Positions 8,024-16,703 of a DNA stretch of 64,000 bases are shown here, in pieces. This DNA is from Candidatus Binatia bacterium. Its GTDB lineage: Bacteria > Desulfobacterota > Binatia > UBA1149 > CAITLU01. The position numbers were made by a program, and so were the translations under genes. The notes beneath the pieces were generated by a model. It saw only the letters and a program-made list of their open reading frames with translations, was not told the DNA's origin and searched no databases. The DNA lies in assembly GCA_035626675.1 (NCBI GenBank), contig DASPNH010000125.1, forward strand, positions 17,596-81,595, read 5' to 3'. Within the stretch, counting starts at the first letter, position 1; each line of letters starts with the position of its first letter.

Positions 8024-8152
8024 GTGGAAGATACCTCCTGTCATGCATGCAACGTTAGCCGGCATTCGGACACGCAGACACGGGCTTGACAGAGGTCGCT
8101 ATCGTGCAGGGCAAAGCGCGGGCGAACAAAGTCGCGCCGCTCACCCAAAAAC

Positions 8153-8806
8153 TCAGCCTGCAACCCCCGTGGCGTCCGGATCGTCTTCTATTGGCGTCAT
8201 TGTCAGGACGAGCGCGGCAGCGACGAGCAGGGCCAGGTCTTCGCGCATGCGCGTCTCGACGGCCATGTAGGTGCCGACCACCGCCCACAACAGAGGGATG
8301 GCGAAGAGGATGCGCGGCCACGGCGCGCGCGTCAGCAGCAGCATGCCGAGCGTGAAGATCGTAACCGGCGTCGGCGTGCCGAAAGTGGGAGATGCCGGGA
8401 GGGCATGGCCCAGCAGCGCGCTCACCGCCGGATAGGCGACTAGCGAGTAGAAGATCAGCAGGATGCCGGCAAGGTGCCGCGAGCCGTTGTTCATCCAGAA
8501 GCGGATGTCGCCGCCGAGAATGCCCACCCGCGCAATCAGGCCCGCCTGCACCACGAAGAGGAATGCGAACGCGTATCCGAGCGGCGTCAGCCGGGCCAGG
8601 AACGCGTAGCAGTACAGCAGTCCCGACCATAGCCACAACGCGGCGAGCAGGCCGCTGGCCAGACGATCGCGCGCGGGAAAGCGGAACAGCGCGAGGCAGA
8701 CCGCGGCAAATGCGCCGAGGCTGAGCGCTGCCGGCGCAGGCCACAGCGCATCGTTGTAGGCGGTCAGGACGTCGAGGATCTCGCTGTTGCCGAAGCCGAA
8801 CGCCAC
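8153..8806 (-). CDS. Integral membrane protein (about 6 predicted TM helices), hypothetical
   Basis: Hydrophobic segments throughout. High GC3. It lies immediately downstream (11 bp) of the thioredoxin-like gene on the same strand. Confidence 0.6.
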   Translation of the reverse strand: MAFGFGNSEILDVLTAYNDALWPAPAALSLGAFAAVCLALFRFPARDRLASGLLAALWLWSGLLYCYAFLARLTPLGYAFAFLFVVQAGLIARVGILGGDIRFWMNNGSRHLAGILLIFYSLVAYPAVSALLGHALPASPTFGTPTPVTIFTLGMLLLTRAPWPRILFAIPLLWAVVGTYMAVETRMREDLALLVAAALVLTMTPIEDDPDATGVAG

Positions 8807-8816
8807 GCCCGAAAGC

Positions 8817-9404
8817 TCAGCGCGACCTGGTGAAGTACTCCGGCTCGTTGCCGGCCTTCCACTTGATGTTGCAGCCCAGGCTCGGCTTCTGCTCGGCCGG
8901 CGGCGGCCGGCCTTCGAGCGCAGCCTCGATGGCTTCGCGCAGATCGGCGCCGTCGACGGGCACGTCGTTGCTGGGGCGGCTGCCGTCGAGCTGGCCGCGG
9001 TAGATGAGGAAGCGCTCGCGGTCGAAGAGGAAGAAGTCGGGCGTGCAGGCGGCGTGGTAGGCCTTGGCCGTCTGCTGACTCTCGTCGAAGAGATACGGGA
9101 AGCTCCAGCGCAGGTCGCGCGCGAGGTCGCGCATCGGCTCGGGGCCGTCTTGCGGGTGCGTGGTCAGATCAGAGGCGGCGATGGCGACCACGCCGAGGCT
9201 GTCCTGGTAGTCGAGAGCGAGGCGGCCTACCTCGCCGCGAACGTGCACGACGAAGGGGCAGTGGTTGCTGAGGAACATCACCAGCAGAAGCGGCTTGTCG
9301 TCGAAATCCGCCAGCGTGAAGCGCTTGCCCGTGACGGCATCGGGCAGGTCGAAGTCGGGAGCGGCCGTGCCGAGCGGGAGCATGTCGGATGCGGTCTGGA
9401 CCAT
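8817..9404 (-). CDS. Thioredoxin-fold protein (AhpC/TSA / redoxin-like)
   Basis: Motif KPLLLVMFLSNHCPFVVHVRGE, a conserved Cys in a Trx-like context. Start ATG 9404 has a GAGG RBS, and the alternative ATG at 9443 is also possible. Confidence 0.65.
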   Translation of the reverse strand: MVQTASDMLPLGTAAPDFDLPDAVTGKRFTLADFDDKPLLLVMFLSNHCPFVVHVRGEVGRLALDYQDSLGVVAIAASDLTTHPQDGPEPMRDLARDLRWSFPYLFDESQQTAKAYHAACTPDFFLFDRERFLIYRGQLDGSRPSNDVPVDGADLREAIEAALEGRPPPAEQKPSLGCNIKWKAGNEPEYFTRSR

Positions 9405-9554
9405 GGCGCCTCGTGCCCATGTGGGCTCGCTGTCGTGTACCAATGTCGCGGGTCGGAAGCACCCGGGCGACCGGCCTGCCGCGATGAATGGTGCTGCGTC
9501 CGCGCCGGCGCACCCTGATGCAAGCCTGCCGAAGCTCTGCGTTTCGATGTCGCG

Positions 9555-10367
9555 CTAGGCTGCGCGCGAAAGGATTCGCAGCGCCTGCTCGTGCGCCGCG
9601 CGATCGCCGGCGGCGAGGACCTTTCCGCCCTGGACGGCCGAGCCCCCATCCCAGCCCGTCACCACGCCGCCCGCCGCCTCGATGATGGGGATGATCGCGT
9701 GGATGTCCCACGAATTCATGCCGGCGTCGACGACGACGTCGACCAGGCCGAAGGCGAGCATGCAGTACGAATAGCAGTCGCCGCTGAAGCGGCTCAGGCG
9801 AACGGCGGCCTCGAGGTCGGCGAACGCGCCGCGCTGGGGCTCTTGCGGAAACATGTTCGGGTGCGTGCAGTACAGGATCGCCTGGTCGAGCGAAGAGCAC
9901 GCGCGTGTACGAAGGACGCCTTCGCGATCGGGAAACTCGTAGCGCGCGCCGAGGCGGCTGCCGCTGAAGCGCTCGCGCAGGAAGGGCTGGTCGACGACGC
10001 CGAGGATCGGGCCGTGCTCGTCGGACAGCGCGATGAGCGTGCCCCACAGCGGGACGCCGGTGATGAAGGCTCGCGTGCCATCGATGGGATCGATGACCCA
10101 GCGAAGAGGCGAGGTGCCGGGCTCGTGACCGTGCTCCTCGCCGAGAATACCGTGGCTCGGATAGTGCTCGTGGATGAGCGCGCGGATTTCGGACTCGGCG
10201 TTGCGATCGGCGACGGTCACGGGATCGTAGGCCGAGGCGCCGCCGGCCTTGTCGGTGACCGTCAGCGGCTGGCGGAAGTGCGGAAGGATGGCCGCACGCG
10301 CGGCGTCGGCCAGGCGCGCAGCGAACGTGAGAAAGGTCTCGATCTCCGGGTCCGACAGTGTGCCCAC
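9555..10367 (-). CDS. Inositol monophosphatase family protein (possible histidinol-phosphatase HisN type)
   Basis: Motifs ILGEEHG, WVIDPIDGTRAF and WDIHAIIPIIEAAGG, typical of the IMPase/FBPase fold. Confidence 0.8.
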   Translation of the reverse strand: MGTLSDPEIETFLTFAARLADAARAAILPHFRQPLTVTDKAGGASAYDPVTVADRNAESEIRALIHEHYPSHGILGEEHGHEPGTSPLRWVIDPIDGTRAFITGVPLWGTLIALSDEHGPILGVVDQPFLRERFSGSRLGARYEFPDREGVLRTRACSSLDQAILYCTHPNMFPQEPQRGAFADLEAAVRLSRFSGDCYSYCMLAFGLVDVVVDAGMNSWDIHAIIPIIEAAGGVVTGWDGGSAVQGGKVLAAGDRAAHEQALRILSRAA

Positions 10368-10413
10368 GCGCCTGCCATCGCCGAAATTCCCCGCCGCTTC
10401 AACGCCGCACGTC

Positions 10414-10518
10414 TTAAGGGGACAGTCCCCTTAAGATGAGCCGCGGTTCAGGGGAATGTCGTCTCAGCGACCGCGCCACGTCGATGCGGCCGTCCGCTTT
10501 AAGGGGACTGTCCCCTTA
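10414..10518. repeat. Two copies of the palindrome TTAAGGGGAC(A/T)GTCCCCTTAA, 64 bp apart, in the intergenic region upstream of the IMPase gene; the second overlaps the PEBP-gene stop codon
   Basis: ttaaggggacagtccccttaa at 10414-10434 and ttaaggggactgtcccctta at 10499-10518, the same motif as at 2248-2290. Confidence 0.7.
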
Positions 10519-11076
10519 TCGCTTTTGGTAGGTGCCGATGAGCTGGGCGCTGCCGATGATGTGCTCTTTCATGGCTTCCTCGAGCTGCGGCTTGGTCAGT
10601 GCGCCCATGTTGCCGAGCGTCGTGTCGAGCGCGTAGAGCTTGTGGAAGTAGCGATGGCGGCCGATCGGCGGACACGGGCCGCCGTAGCCCTGGCGCATCC
10701 AGTCGTTGGTTCCCTGATGCGAGTTCTTCGGCATCCTGCCGCGCGATGCGCCCTCGGCGAGCTGGCCGCCCACGGGCTCGATGTCGTAGGCCACCCAGTG
10801 CACCCACGTCGTCTTGGGTGCGGCCGGATCGGGCGCGTCGGGATCGTCGACGATGAGCGCGAGCGAGCGCGTGCCCATCGGGAGCTTCGACCACGACAGC
10901 GGCGGCGAGACGTCCTCGCCCTGGCAGGTGAAGCGCGTGGGAATCTCGCCGCCCGCTGCGAATGCCGGCGAGGTCAGCTGCATGATGCGCTCGGGCCGGC
11001 TCGTTACTGCCTGCTCGGTTGCGGCAGGATCCTGCGGTGGCGGCGTATTCTCCGCGCCGGCCGCGCACGACGTCAT
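10516..11076 (-). CDS. YbhB/YbcL (PEBP / Raf-kinase-inhibitor-like) family protein; the start is uncertain
   Basis: C-terminal domain MQLTSPAFAAGGEIPTRFTCQGEDVSPPLSW...GPCPPIGRHRYFHKLYALD matches the bacterial PEBP family. The upstream in-frame sequence encodes a signal-peptide-like segment (RVLAAVATCVLTTIMTSCAAGA) but has no in-frame ATG or GTG before the preceding gene's stop (11166). The conservative ATG is annotated. Confidence 0.6.
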   Translation of the reverse strand: MTSCAAGAENTPPPQDPAATEQAVTSRPERIMQLTSPAFAAGGEIPTRFTCQGEDVSPPLSWSKLPMGTRSLALIVDDPDAPDPAAPKTTWVHWVAYDIEPVGGQLAEGASRGRMPKNSHQGTNDWMRQGYGGPCPPIGRHRYFHKLYALDTTLGNMGALTKPQLEEAMKEHIIGSAQLIGTYQKR

Positions 11077-11165
11077 GATGGTCGTCAGCACGCAGGTCGC
11101 GACCGCGGCGAGGACGCGCGACGCACCGACACGTCCGTCGCCGCTTAGCCTGCGTACGCGGGGTT

Positions 11166-11879
11166 TCAGAAGCTCCACACCAGGCCGATGCCGCCCGGGC
11201 CGGCGGCCAGGCGAAGCTCGGATTCGAGCTCTGCGGCCGGCGCGCCGCGGAAGCGCTGCTGGTATTCCTCCCAGTCGCGGATCTGGCGGGTGGGGTGCGT
11301 CCAGATGTGCAGCTCGGCCGACGCCTCGCTGATGCCGAACGACGTCCATGCCGTGGCCGGCTCGTCCCAGACCGCGTGAACCAGGATCGCGGCGCCGAGG
11401 TTCAGGCCCAGACTGGCCAGGTGCTGGCGCCACGAGTAGCGCATGCCGGCCTGATTGGCGGCCTCCTGCATGATCTCTTCGGCGACTTCCAGGCGGCGTG
11501 CGCAGTCACTTGCCGGAACGGCACGGATGGGATCGCCGCCGTGGCGCGCCACGGTCGGATCGAGCGTCAGCTCGAGAACGCCGAGGCCGGACTTGCCGAC
11601 GCTCAGCAGCAGGTCGGCGCGCTTGCCGTTGTCCTCTTCCTTGGCGGCCCGGTAGCTCTGCGCCACCACGCCCAGAACGAAGACGGCCATCCAGCCGCGA
11701 TACCACCACTTGGCATGTCGCTGGCCTTCGTCGAGCCGGGTCTCCAGGAACTGGATGCGAGCCTCGGTGTCGGCGTCGCACTGGGCAAGGGCGCGCGTTG
11801 CGGGCGCAGCGATCATCGAAAGCGTCAGTGTCGCGACGAGAAGAGTGCGCAGGGCGAGGGAAGGACGGGTTCTTCTCAT
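11166..11879 (-). CDS. Secreted hypothetical protein
   Basis: Signal peptide MRRTRPSLALRTLLVATLTLSMIAAPATRALA. 237 aa. High GC3. Confidence 0.6.
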   Translation of the reverse strand: MRRTRPSLALRTLLVATLTLSMIAAPATRALAQCDADTEARIQFLETRLDEGQRHAKWWYRGWMAVFVLGVVAQSYRAAKEEDNGKRADLLLSVGKSGLGVLELTLDPTVARHGGDPIRAVPASDCARRLEVAEEIMQEAANQAGMRYSWRQHLASLGLNLGAAILVHAVWDEPATAWTSFGISEASAELHIWTHPTRQIRDWEEYQQRFRGAPAAELESELRLAAGPGGIGLVWSF

Positions 11880-12196
11880 GGTCTTCTCCTTCAGAAGCTG
11901 GATTCGTAGGAAGATGTCGTGCTCAGGCTGTCTGCTCGGGCTTCAGGCGAAAAGGCCTGCGGCATTTTGCCACATCGACTCATCGAGAATCGTTGGGACG
12001 GAAAGACATTACGATGTTTCTGCGCGGGCAGACATCCCCCCGCCGCGCGTGGCGAGCCGGACCGGGTGCAGGCGGTCTGTGGTCCGAGACTCCGTGCGGC
12101 GGTGTGGCGACGGGCCTCGCCTCACCTGAGGTCCCCGCGCAGCCATCATCTTGTTGAAGGTTACGTACCGAGGCTCGTCGGGACGGACCGCCCGCG

Positions 12197-12455
12197 CTCG
12201 GCCCGCACGGCGCACGCATTTGGAGTCGCGGCGAAGCCGCCCGTGCTCGGCCCGCACGGCGCACGCATTTGGACTCGGCGACCCGGGTGCCGGCGGCTGG
12301 TGATGCGCGCACGCATTTGGACTCGCGGCGAAGCCGGCTGTCCTCGGCCCGCACGGCGCACGCACTTGGACTCGGCGACTCGGGTGCCGGCTGCCGGCGG
12401 ATGCGTGCACGCATTTGGACTCGACGAGGCGGGTGCTCCGGTCGGCGCGCGGGGC
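12197..12455. repeat. Tandem direct-repeat array: 5 copies of a roughly 49-bp unit containing the core GCACGCATTTGGACTCG (alternating A/B subtypes), in a 780-bp divergent intergenic region
   Basis: The core occurs at 12212, 12261, 12309, 12358 and 12407 (spacing 48-49 bp). The array lies between the starts of the divergent genes at 11879 (-) and 12657 (+). Confidence 0.85.
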
Positions 12456-12656
12456 CGCCTCGGCCGGCGCACTCATGAGCGGCCGTAAACTCGGCGCCGT
12501 TACACGACGCGGGCCCACCCGGGCTGCCCGGGTCGGCACGGTAATCAGGATGATCCGAGGGGTGGAGGGGCCTTGACGCCCACCCTTGTTCTGCGTAGTG
12601 ACGGTACGCACTACGCAGCGCTCGACGGCGCCCGCGACAGGAAGGAGGACCATCCG

Positions 12657-13742
12657 ATGTCGACCCAGGAACGATACGCCCGGCCCACCGACGGACAGAA
12701 ATGGGATGTTGGCCAGGACTACACGACCACCTTCAACTGGGAATACGAGGATGGCCGCGCGCCGCTTCTCAAGCTGTACGAGAAGGGCAAGAAGAAGCAG
12801 TGGGACGCTGCCGACCGCATCGACTGGTCGCTCGACATCGATCCCGAAAACCCCGCCAATCTTCCCGACGAATCCATTCCGATCTTCGACAGCGACGCGT
12901 GGCGCCGCCTGACGCAGGCCGAGAAGGCCAAGGCGCGCCATCACTTCCAGTCCTGGCAGCTGTGCCAGTTCATGCACGGCGAGCAGGGCGCGCTGATCTG
13001 CACGGCCAAGATCGTGCAGCAGGTTCCCGACATCGATTCGAAGTTCTACGCCGCCACGCAGGTGATGGACGAGGCGCGCCACGTCGAGGCGTACTCGCGG
13101 CTGCTGCACGAGAAGTATCACCTGCTCTATCCGATCAACCGCCATCTGCAGGCTCTGATCGGCGACGTGCTGCGAGATTCGCGCTGGGACATCACCTACC
13201 TCGGCATGCAGGTGCTGATCGAGGGCGTGGCCCTTGCCGCATTCTCGACCCTGCGCGATCACGCCAAGAATCCGCTGGTCGCCGCGGTCAACGCCTACGT
13301 CATGCAGGACGAGGCGCGGCACGTGGCCTTCGGCCGCTTCGCGCTGCGCGACTACTACCCGCATCTGACCGAGAAGGAGCGCGACGAGCGCGAGGAGTTC
13401 GCCGTCGAGGCCTGCTACCTGCTGCGCGACCGCTTCCTCGGTGAGGAAGTGTGGGAAACGCTCGGATTGCCGGTCAAGGAGTGCGCCGAGGCCACCGAGC
13501 GCTCCGAGTGGATGAAGTTCTACCGCAACCAGCTCTTCACGCGCATCGTGCCCACGGTCAACGAGATCGGTCTGTGGGGGCCGCGCATCCGCAAGGCCTA
13601 CGCCGACATGGGCATCATGGGCTTTGCCGACACCGACCTGGACGCGCTCGCCGACAACGACCAGACCGTGGCCGAGCAGTTCGACGAGCGCCGCGCGATG
13701 ATCGAGGAGATCGCCGCCGAGGCCAAGGCGACAGCGGCGTAG
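12657..13742 (+). CDS. Ferritin-like diiron-carboxylate oxygenase family protein (AurF/CmlI-like N-oxygenase or related)
   Basis: Two EXXH diiron motifs, MDEARHVEAY and MQDEARHVAFGRF, about 80 aa apart. ATG 12657 is preceded by GGAGG 7 bp upstream. The track ORF start at 12573 was rejected. Confidence 0.65.
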   Translation: MSTQERYARPTDGQKWDVGQDYTTTFNWEYEDGRAPLLKLYEKGKKKQWDAADRIDWSLDIDPENPANLPDESIPIFDSDAWRRLTQAEKAKARHHFQSWQLCQFMHGEQGALICTAKIVQQVPDIDSKFYAATQVMDEARHVEAYSRLLHEKYHLLYPINRHLQALIGDVLRDSRWDITYLGMQVLIEGVALAAFSTLRDHAKNPLVAAVNAYVMQDEARHVAFGRFALRDYYPHLTEKERDEREEFAVEACYLLRDRFLGEEVWETLGLPVKECAEATERSEWMKFYRNQLFTRIVPTVNEIGLWGPRIRKAYADMGIMGFADTDLDALADNDQTVAEQFDERRAMIEEIAAEAKATAA

Positions 13743-13750
13743 GGAGAAAG

Positions 13751-13795
13751 AGGTCAGGCACCCTTTCGGCAGCCTAGAAGGTGCCTGCCCCTTTT
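13751..13795 (+). terminator. Hairpin element ggtcaggcaccctttcggcagcctagaaggtgcctgcccctttt (GGTCAGGCAC family)
   Basis: Stem aggcacc/ggtgcct followed by ccctttt. It lies between the diiron gene stop and the merR-like start. Confidence 0.5.
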
Positions 13796-13804
13796 CCGAA
13801 TCCT

Positions 13805-14563
13805 ATGAAACGACTGAAGATGAAGGACCTCGAGAGCGCCACCGGCGTCGGGCGCGAGGCGATCCGTTTCTACATTCGCGAGGGCCTGCTGCCCGAGCCC
13901 GAGCGGGCCGGGCGCAACGTGGCCTGGTACGACGAGTCGTTCATCGATCGTATCGCGCTCATCAAGCGGCTCCAGACCGAGCGCTTCCTGCCGCTGGCCG
14001 TCATCAAGGCAATCGTGCGCGGCGACGAGCCGCCTCCCGACGAGCAGGTCCGCACGCTGGCCGACATCGAAAAGGGTCTTTCCACGCGCGGGCGCAGCGC
14101 GCAGCGGCTGCCCGAGCGCATGGACGGCATCAGCGCGCGCACTGGCCTGGACGCCGAAGAGATCCGGCGCCTGGCCGTCATCGGTGCGCTGGAAATCACG
14201 ATCCGTGACGGCGGTGAGTGGATCGACGGTGCCAGCATCCCGGTCGTCGAAGGATGGGGCGACCTTCGCGCCGCCGGGCTGACTGCCGAGCGCGGCTTCA
14301 CTCCCGACGTCATGGAGGTCTACGTGCAGATGCTGCAGTGGCTGGCGCGCGAGGAGATCCGTCTTTTCACCGAGCGCGCCACCGGCAAGGTGCACGGCGA
14401 GGAACTGACGCAGATGGCCGAGGTCGGCATCGAAGCCGTCAATCGGATGATGACGGCGATGCGTGAGCGCATCATTCGCCGCTACATCGCAGAAGGGAAC
14501 GTGCCTCGCACCGAGACGGAGGAGGAGGCCGCGCCTCGCGCCGTGCGCCGCCCTCTCCGCTGA
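13805..14563 (+). CDS. MerR-family transcriptional regulator with an extended C-terminal domain
   Basis: HTH MKDLESATGVGREAIRFYIREGLLPEP. The start was placed at MKRLKMKDL, and the alternative at 13820 is possible. Confidence 0.75.
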   Translation: MKRLKMKDLESATGVGREAIRFYIREGLLPEPERAGRNVAWYDESFIDRIALIKRLQTERFLPLAVIKAIVRGDEPPPDEQVRTLADIEKGLSTRGRSAQRLPERMDGISARTGLDAEEIRRLAVIGALEITIRDGGEWIDGASIPVVEGWGDLRAAGLTAERGFTPDVMEVYVQMLQWLAREEIRLFTERATGKVHGEELTQMAEVGIEAVNRMMTAMRERIIRRYIAEGNVPRTETEEEAAPRAVRRPLR

Positions 14564-14705
14564 GACACCGCGCACTGCTCATTTGCGACCGTCAAAAAAA
14601 TGCGGGCGCGGCAAGGGCTGCCGCACCCGCGTTCGTGCATGCGAAAGCCGCGCCAGACTCGCCGCGCGCCCGATAGCGATGGCGGCAGGGCTGGCGCCGC
14701 AACGT

Positions 14706-15230
14706 TCAGATGCCGCCGTCGACCTTCTTGGCGTGGTCGAGGTGCTTCTCGAGCGCCGGCAGCGTCTTGGTCGCGAACGACTTCAGCTCCGGGTCCTTTC
14801 CGCTGCTGGCCTGCTGCTGGAACAGGCTGATCATCTCCTGGTGATCCTTGACCTGGGCCTTCATGTAGGCCTTGTCGAAGTCCTTGCCGGACTTCCCTTC
14901 CAGCTCCTGCATGACCGCCTTGTGCTTGGCATCGGGCTCTTTCGGCAGCGCCGCGTTCTTGGTCTTGGCGATCTGTTCCAGCTCCTTGTTGGCCTGGGTA
15001 TGGTCGTCGATCATGTGCTGCGCGAATTCCTTGACGTCCTTGTCCGAGGCCTTCTGCAGCGCCAGCTTGGCCGACTCGACCTCGGCGATGCCGCCCGCCG
15101 CGGCGGTCTTCATGAAGGCCTGATCGCTCGCCGCGCCGCCGGATGCATCGCCAGTGCCGGTGTTGGTCTCGGCCGCAGCGCCCGAAGCGGTCAGCGCCAC
15201 GAACACGGTAGCCAGCAACATGCTTCTCAT
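14706..15230 (-). CDS. DUF4142-domain secreted protein
   Basis: Signal peptide MRSMLLATVFVALTASGAAA. DUF4142 signature DQAFMKTAAAGGIAEVESAKLALQKASDKDVKEFAQHMIDDHTQANKEL. ATG 15230 has an AAGGAGA RBS. Confidence 0.75.
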   Translation of the reverse strand: MRSMLLATVFVALTASGAAAETNTGTGDASGGAASDQAFMKTAAAGGIAEVESAKLALQKASDKDVKEFAQHMIDDHTQANKELEQIAKTKNAALPKEPDAKHKAVMQELEGKSGKDFDKAYMKAQVKDHQEMISLFQQQASSGKDPELKSFATKTLPALEKHLDHAKKVDGGI

Positions 15231-15262
15231 CGTGATTCTCCTTTGGCGACCGTCGTCGCCTC

Positions 15263-16432
15263 TTACGGGTTGAGGACGATCTTGATGCAGTCGCCCTTCT
15301 GCTTGAACATCTCGTAACCGTCCGGGGCCTCGTCCAGCCGCATGTGATGGGTGATGACGAACGAGGGATCGATGTCGCCGTCCTGCACCTTCTGCAGGAG
15401 CTCTTCGCTGTAACGCTGCACGTGCGTCTGTCCGGTCTTGATCGTCAGTCCCTTGTTCATCGCGGCGCCGAACGGGATCTTGTCGAGGAAGCCGAGATAC
15501 ACGCCGGGAACGGAGACGGTGCCGCCCTTGCGGCAACACCAGAACGCCTCACGCAGAACGTGCGGGCGGTCGGTCGCCATGTAGGCGGCCATCTTGGCCT
15601 TGTCGACGATGGCGTCGAGTGAGCCGGTGGCATGGGCCTCGCAGCCGACGGCATCGATGCAGGAATCGGGACCGCGCCCGTTGGTCAGGTCCATCAGGCA
15701 GTCGTAGACCTTGACGTCCTGGAAATTGATGGTCTGCGAGGCACCTTCGGCCTCGGCCATGCGAAGACGCTCGGGCACGCAGTCGATTGCGATGACGCGT
15801 CCCGCACCCATCAGCTTGGCGCTCTTGATCGCGAACTGTCCGACGGGACCGCAGCCCCATACCGCGACAGTGTCACCCGCCTCGATGTTGCAGTTCTCGG
15901 CCGCCATCCAGCCGGTCGGGAAGATGTCGGAGAGGAACAACACCTGGTCATCGGTGAGGCCGTCGGGAATCTTGATGGGACCGACGTCGGCGTGCGGCAC
16001 GCGCAGGTACTCGGCCTGCCCGCCCGGGTAGCCACCCATCATGTGCGAGTAGCCGAACAGGCCTGCGGTGGCATGGCCCATCGCTTCGCGGGCGTAGCGG
16101 TTCTCGGCATTGGTCGTATCGCAGAGCGAGTAGAGCTCCTTCTGGCAAAAGAAACAGGAGCCGCACGAGATCGTGAACGGCACTACGACACGATCGCCAA
16201 TCGAAAGATTCGACACCGCGCTGCCGAGCTCGACGATCTCGCCCATCGGCTCATGTCCCAGGATGTCTCCCTCTTCCATGGTGGGAACCAGGCCATCGTA
16301 GAGATGGAGATCGGAGCCGCAGATGGCGGTCGATGTGATCTTCACGATCGCGTCCGTCGGCTGCAGGATCTTGGGGTCGGGAACGCTTTCCACGCGGACG
16401 TCGTTCGTGCCGTACCAACACAATGCCTTCAT
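15263..16432 (-). CDS. Zinc-dependent alcohol dehydrogenase family protein (glutathione-independent formaldehyde dehydrogenase-like)
   Basis: MKALCWYG...[10 protein letters not shown]...[12 protein letters not shown] Zn-binding motifs. GxGxxG motif [14 protein letters not shown]. 389 aa. Confidence 0.85.
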   Translation of the reverse strand: MKALCWYGTNDVRVESVPDPKILQPTDAIVKITSTAICGSDLHLYDGLVPTMEEGDILGHEPMGEIVELGSAVSNLSIGDRVVVPFTISCGSCFFCQKELYSLCDTTNAENRYAREAMGHATAGLFGYSHMMGGYPGGQAEYLRVPHADVGPIKIPDGLTDDQVLFLSDIFPTGWMAAENCNIEAGDTVAVWGCGPVGQFAIKSAKLMGAGRVIAIDCVPERLRMAEAEGASQTINFQDVKVYDCLMDLTNGRGPDSCIDAVGCEAHATGSLDAIVDKAKMAAYMATDRPHVLREAFWCCRKGGTVSVPGVYLGFLDKIPFGAAMNKGLTIKTGQTHVQRYSEELLQKVQDGDIDPSFVITHHMRLDEAPDGYEMFKQKGDCIKIVLNP

Positions 16433-16703
16433 GCGAGTGTCTCCTTCGCGGTCAATGCCTCGCCTGCGCGTTCGGCGGCCGCTGCGCCAGCCGTACGCGA
16501 TGGACGTCGGCCCTCGCAGGGCGAGGATGGCATCGCGACGAATGGCGATGAAGGCTGATCTTCCGGTTTGCTCGGGGAAATGGGTCGCGCGCGCTCGCTG
16601 TAGTGCGTCAGGTCACTCGGCTCGTGGCGCGATCAGGTCGTGAAGCACGTCGCCGGCGGCCATCCACACGAGGGGAAGGGCGGCGGCCCGCCGGCGGGCA
16701 GGC

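Noticed and set aside
5966-8089. 707-aa + strand ORF spanning the same DNA as the W-repeat protein gene
   Set aside because: High-GC shadow ORF. The - strand product has a signal peptide, a GGAGG RBS and a recognisable Trp-repeat domain, whereas the + strand product is Ala/Arg/Leu low-complexity.
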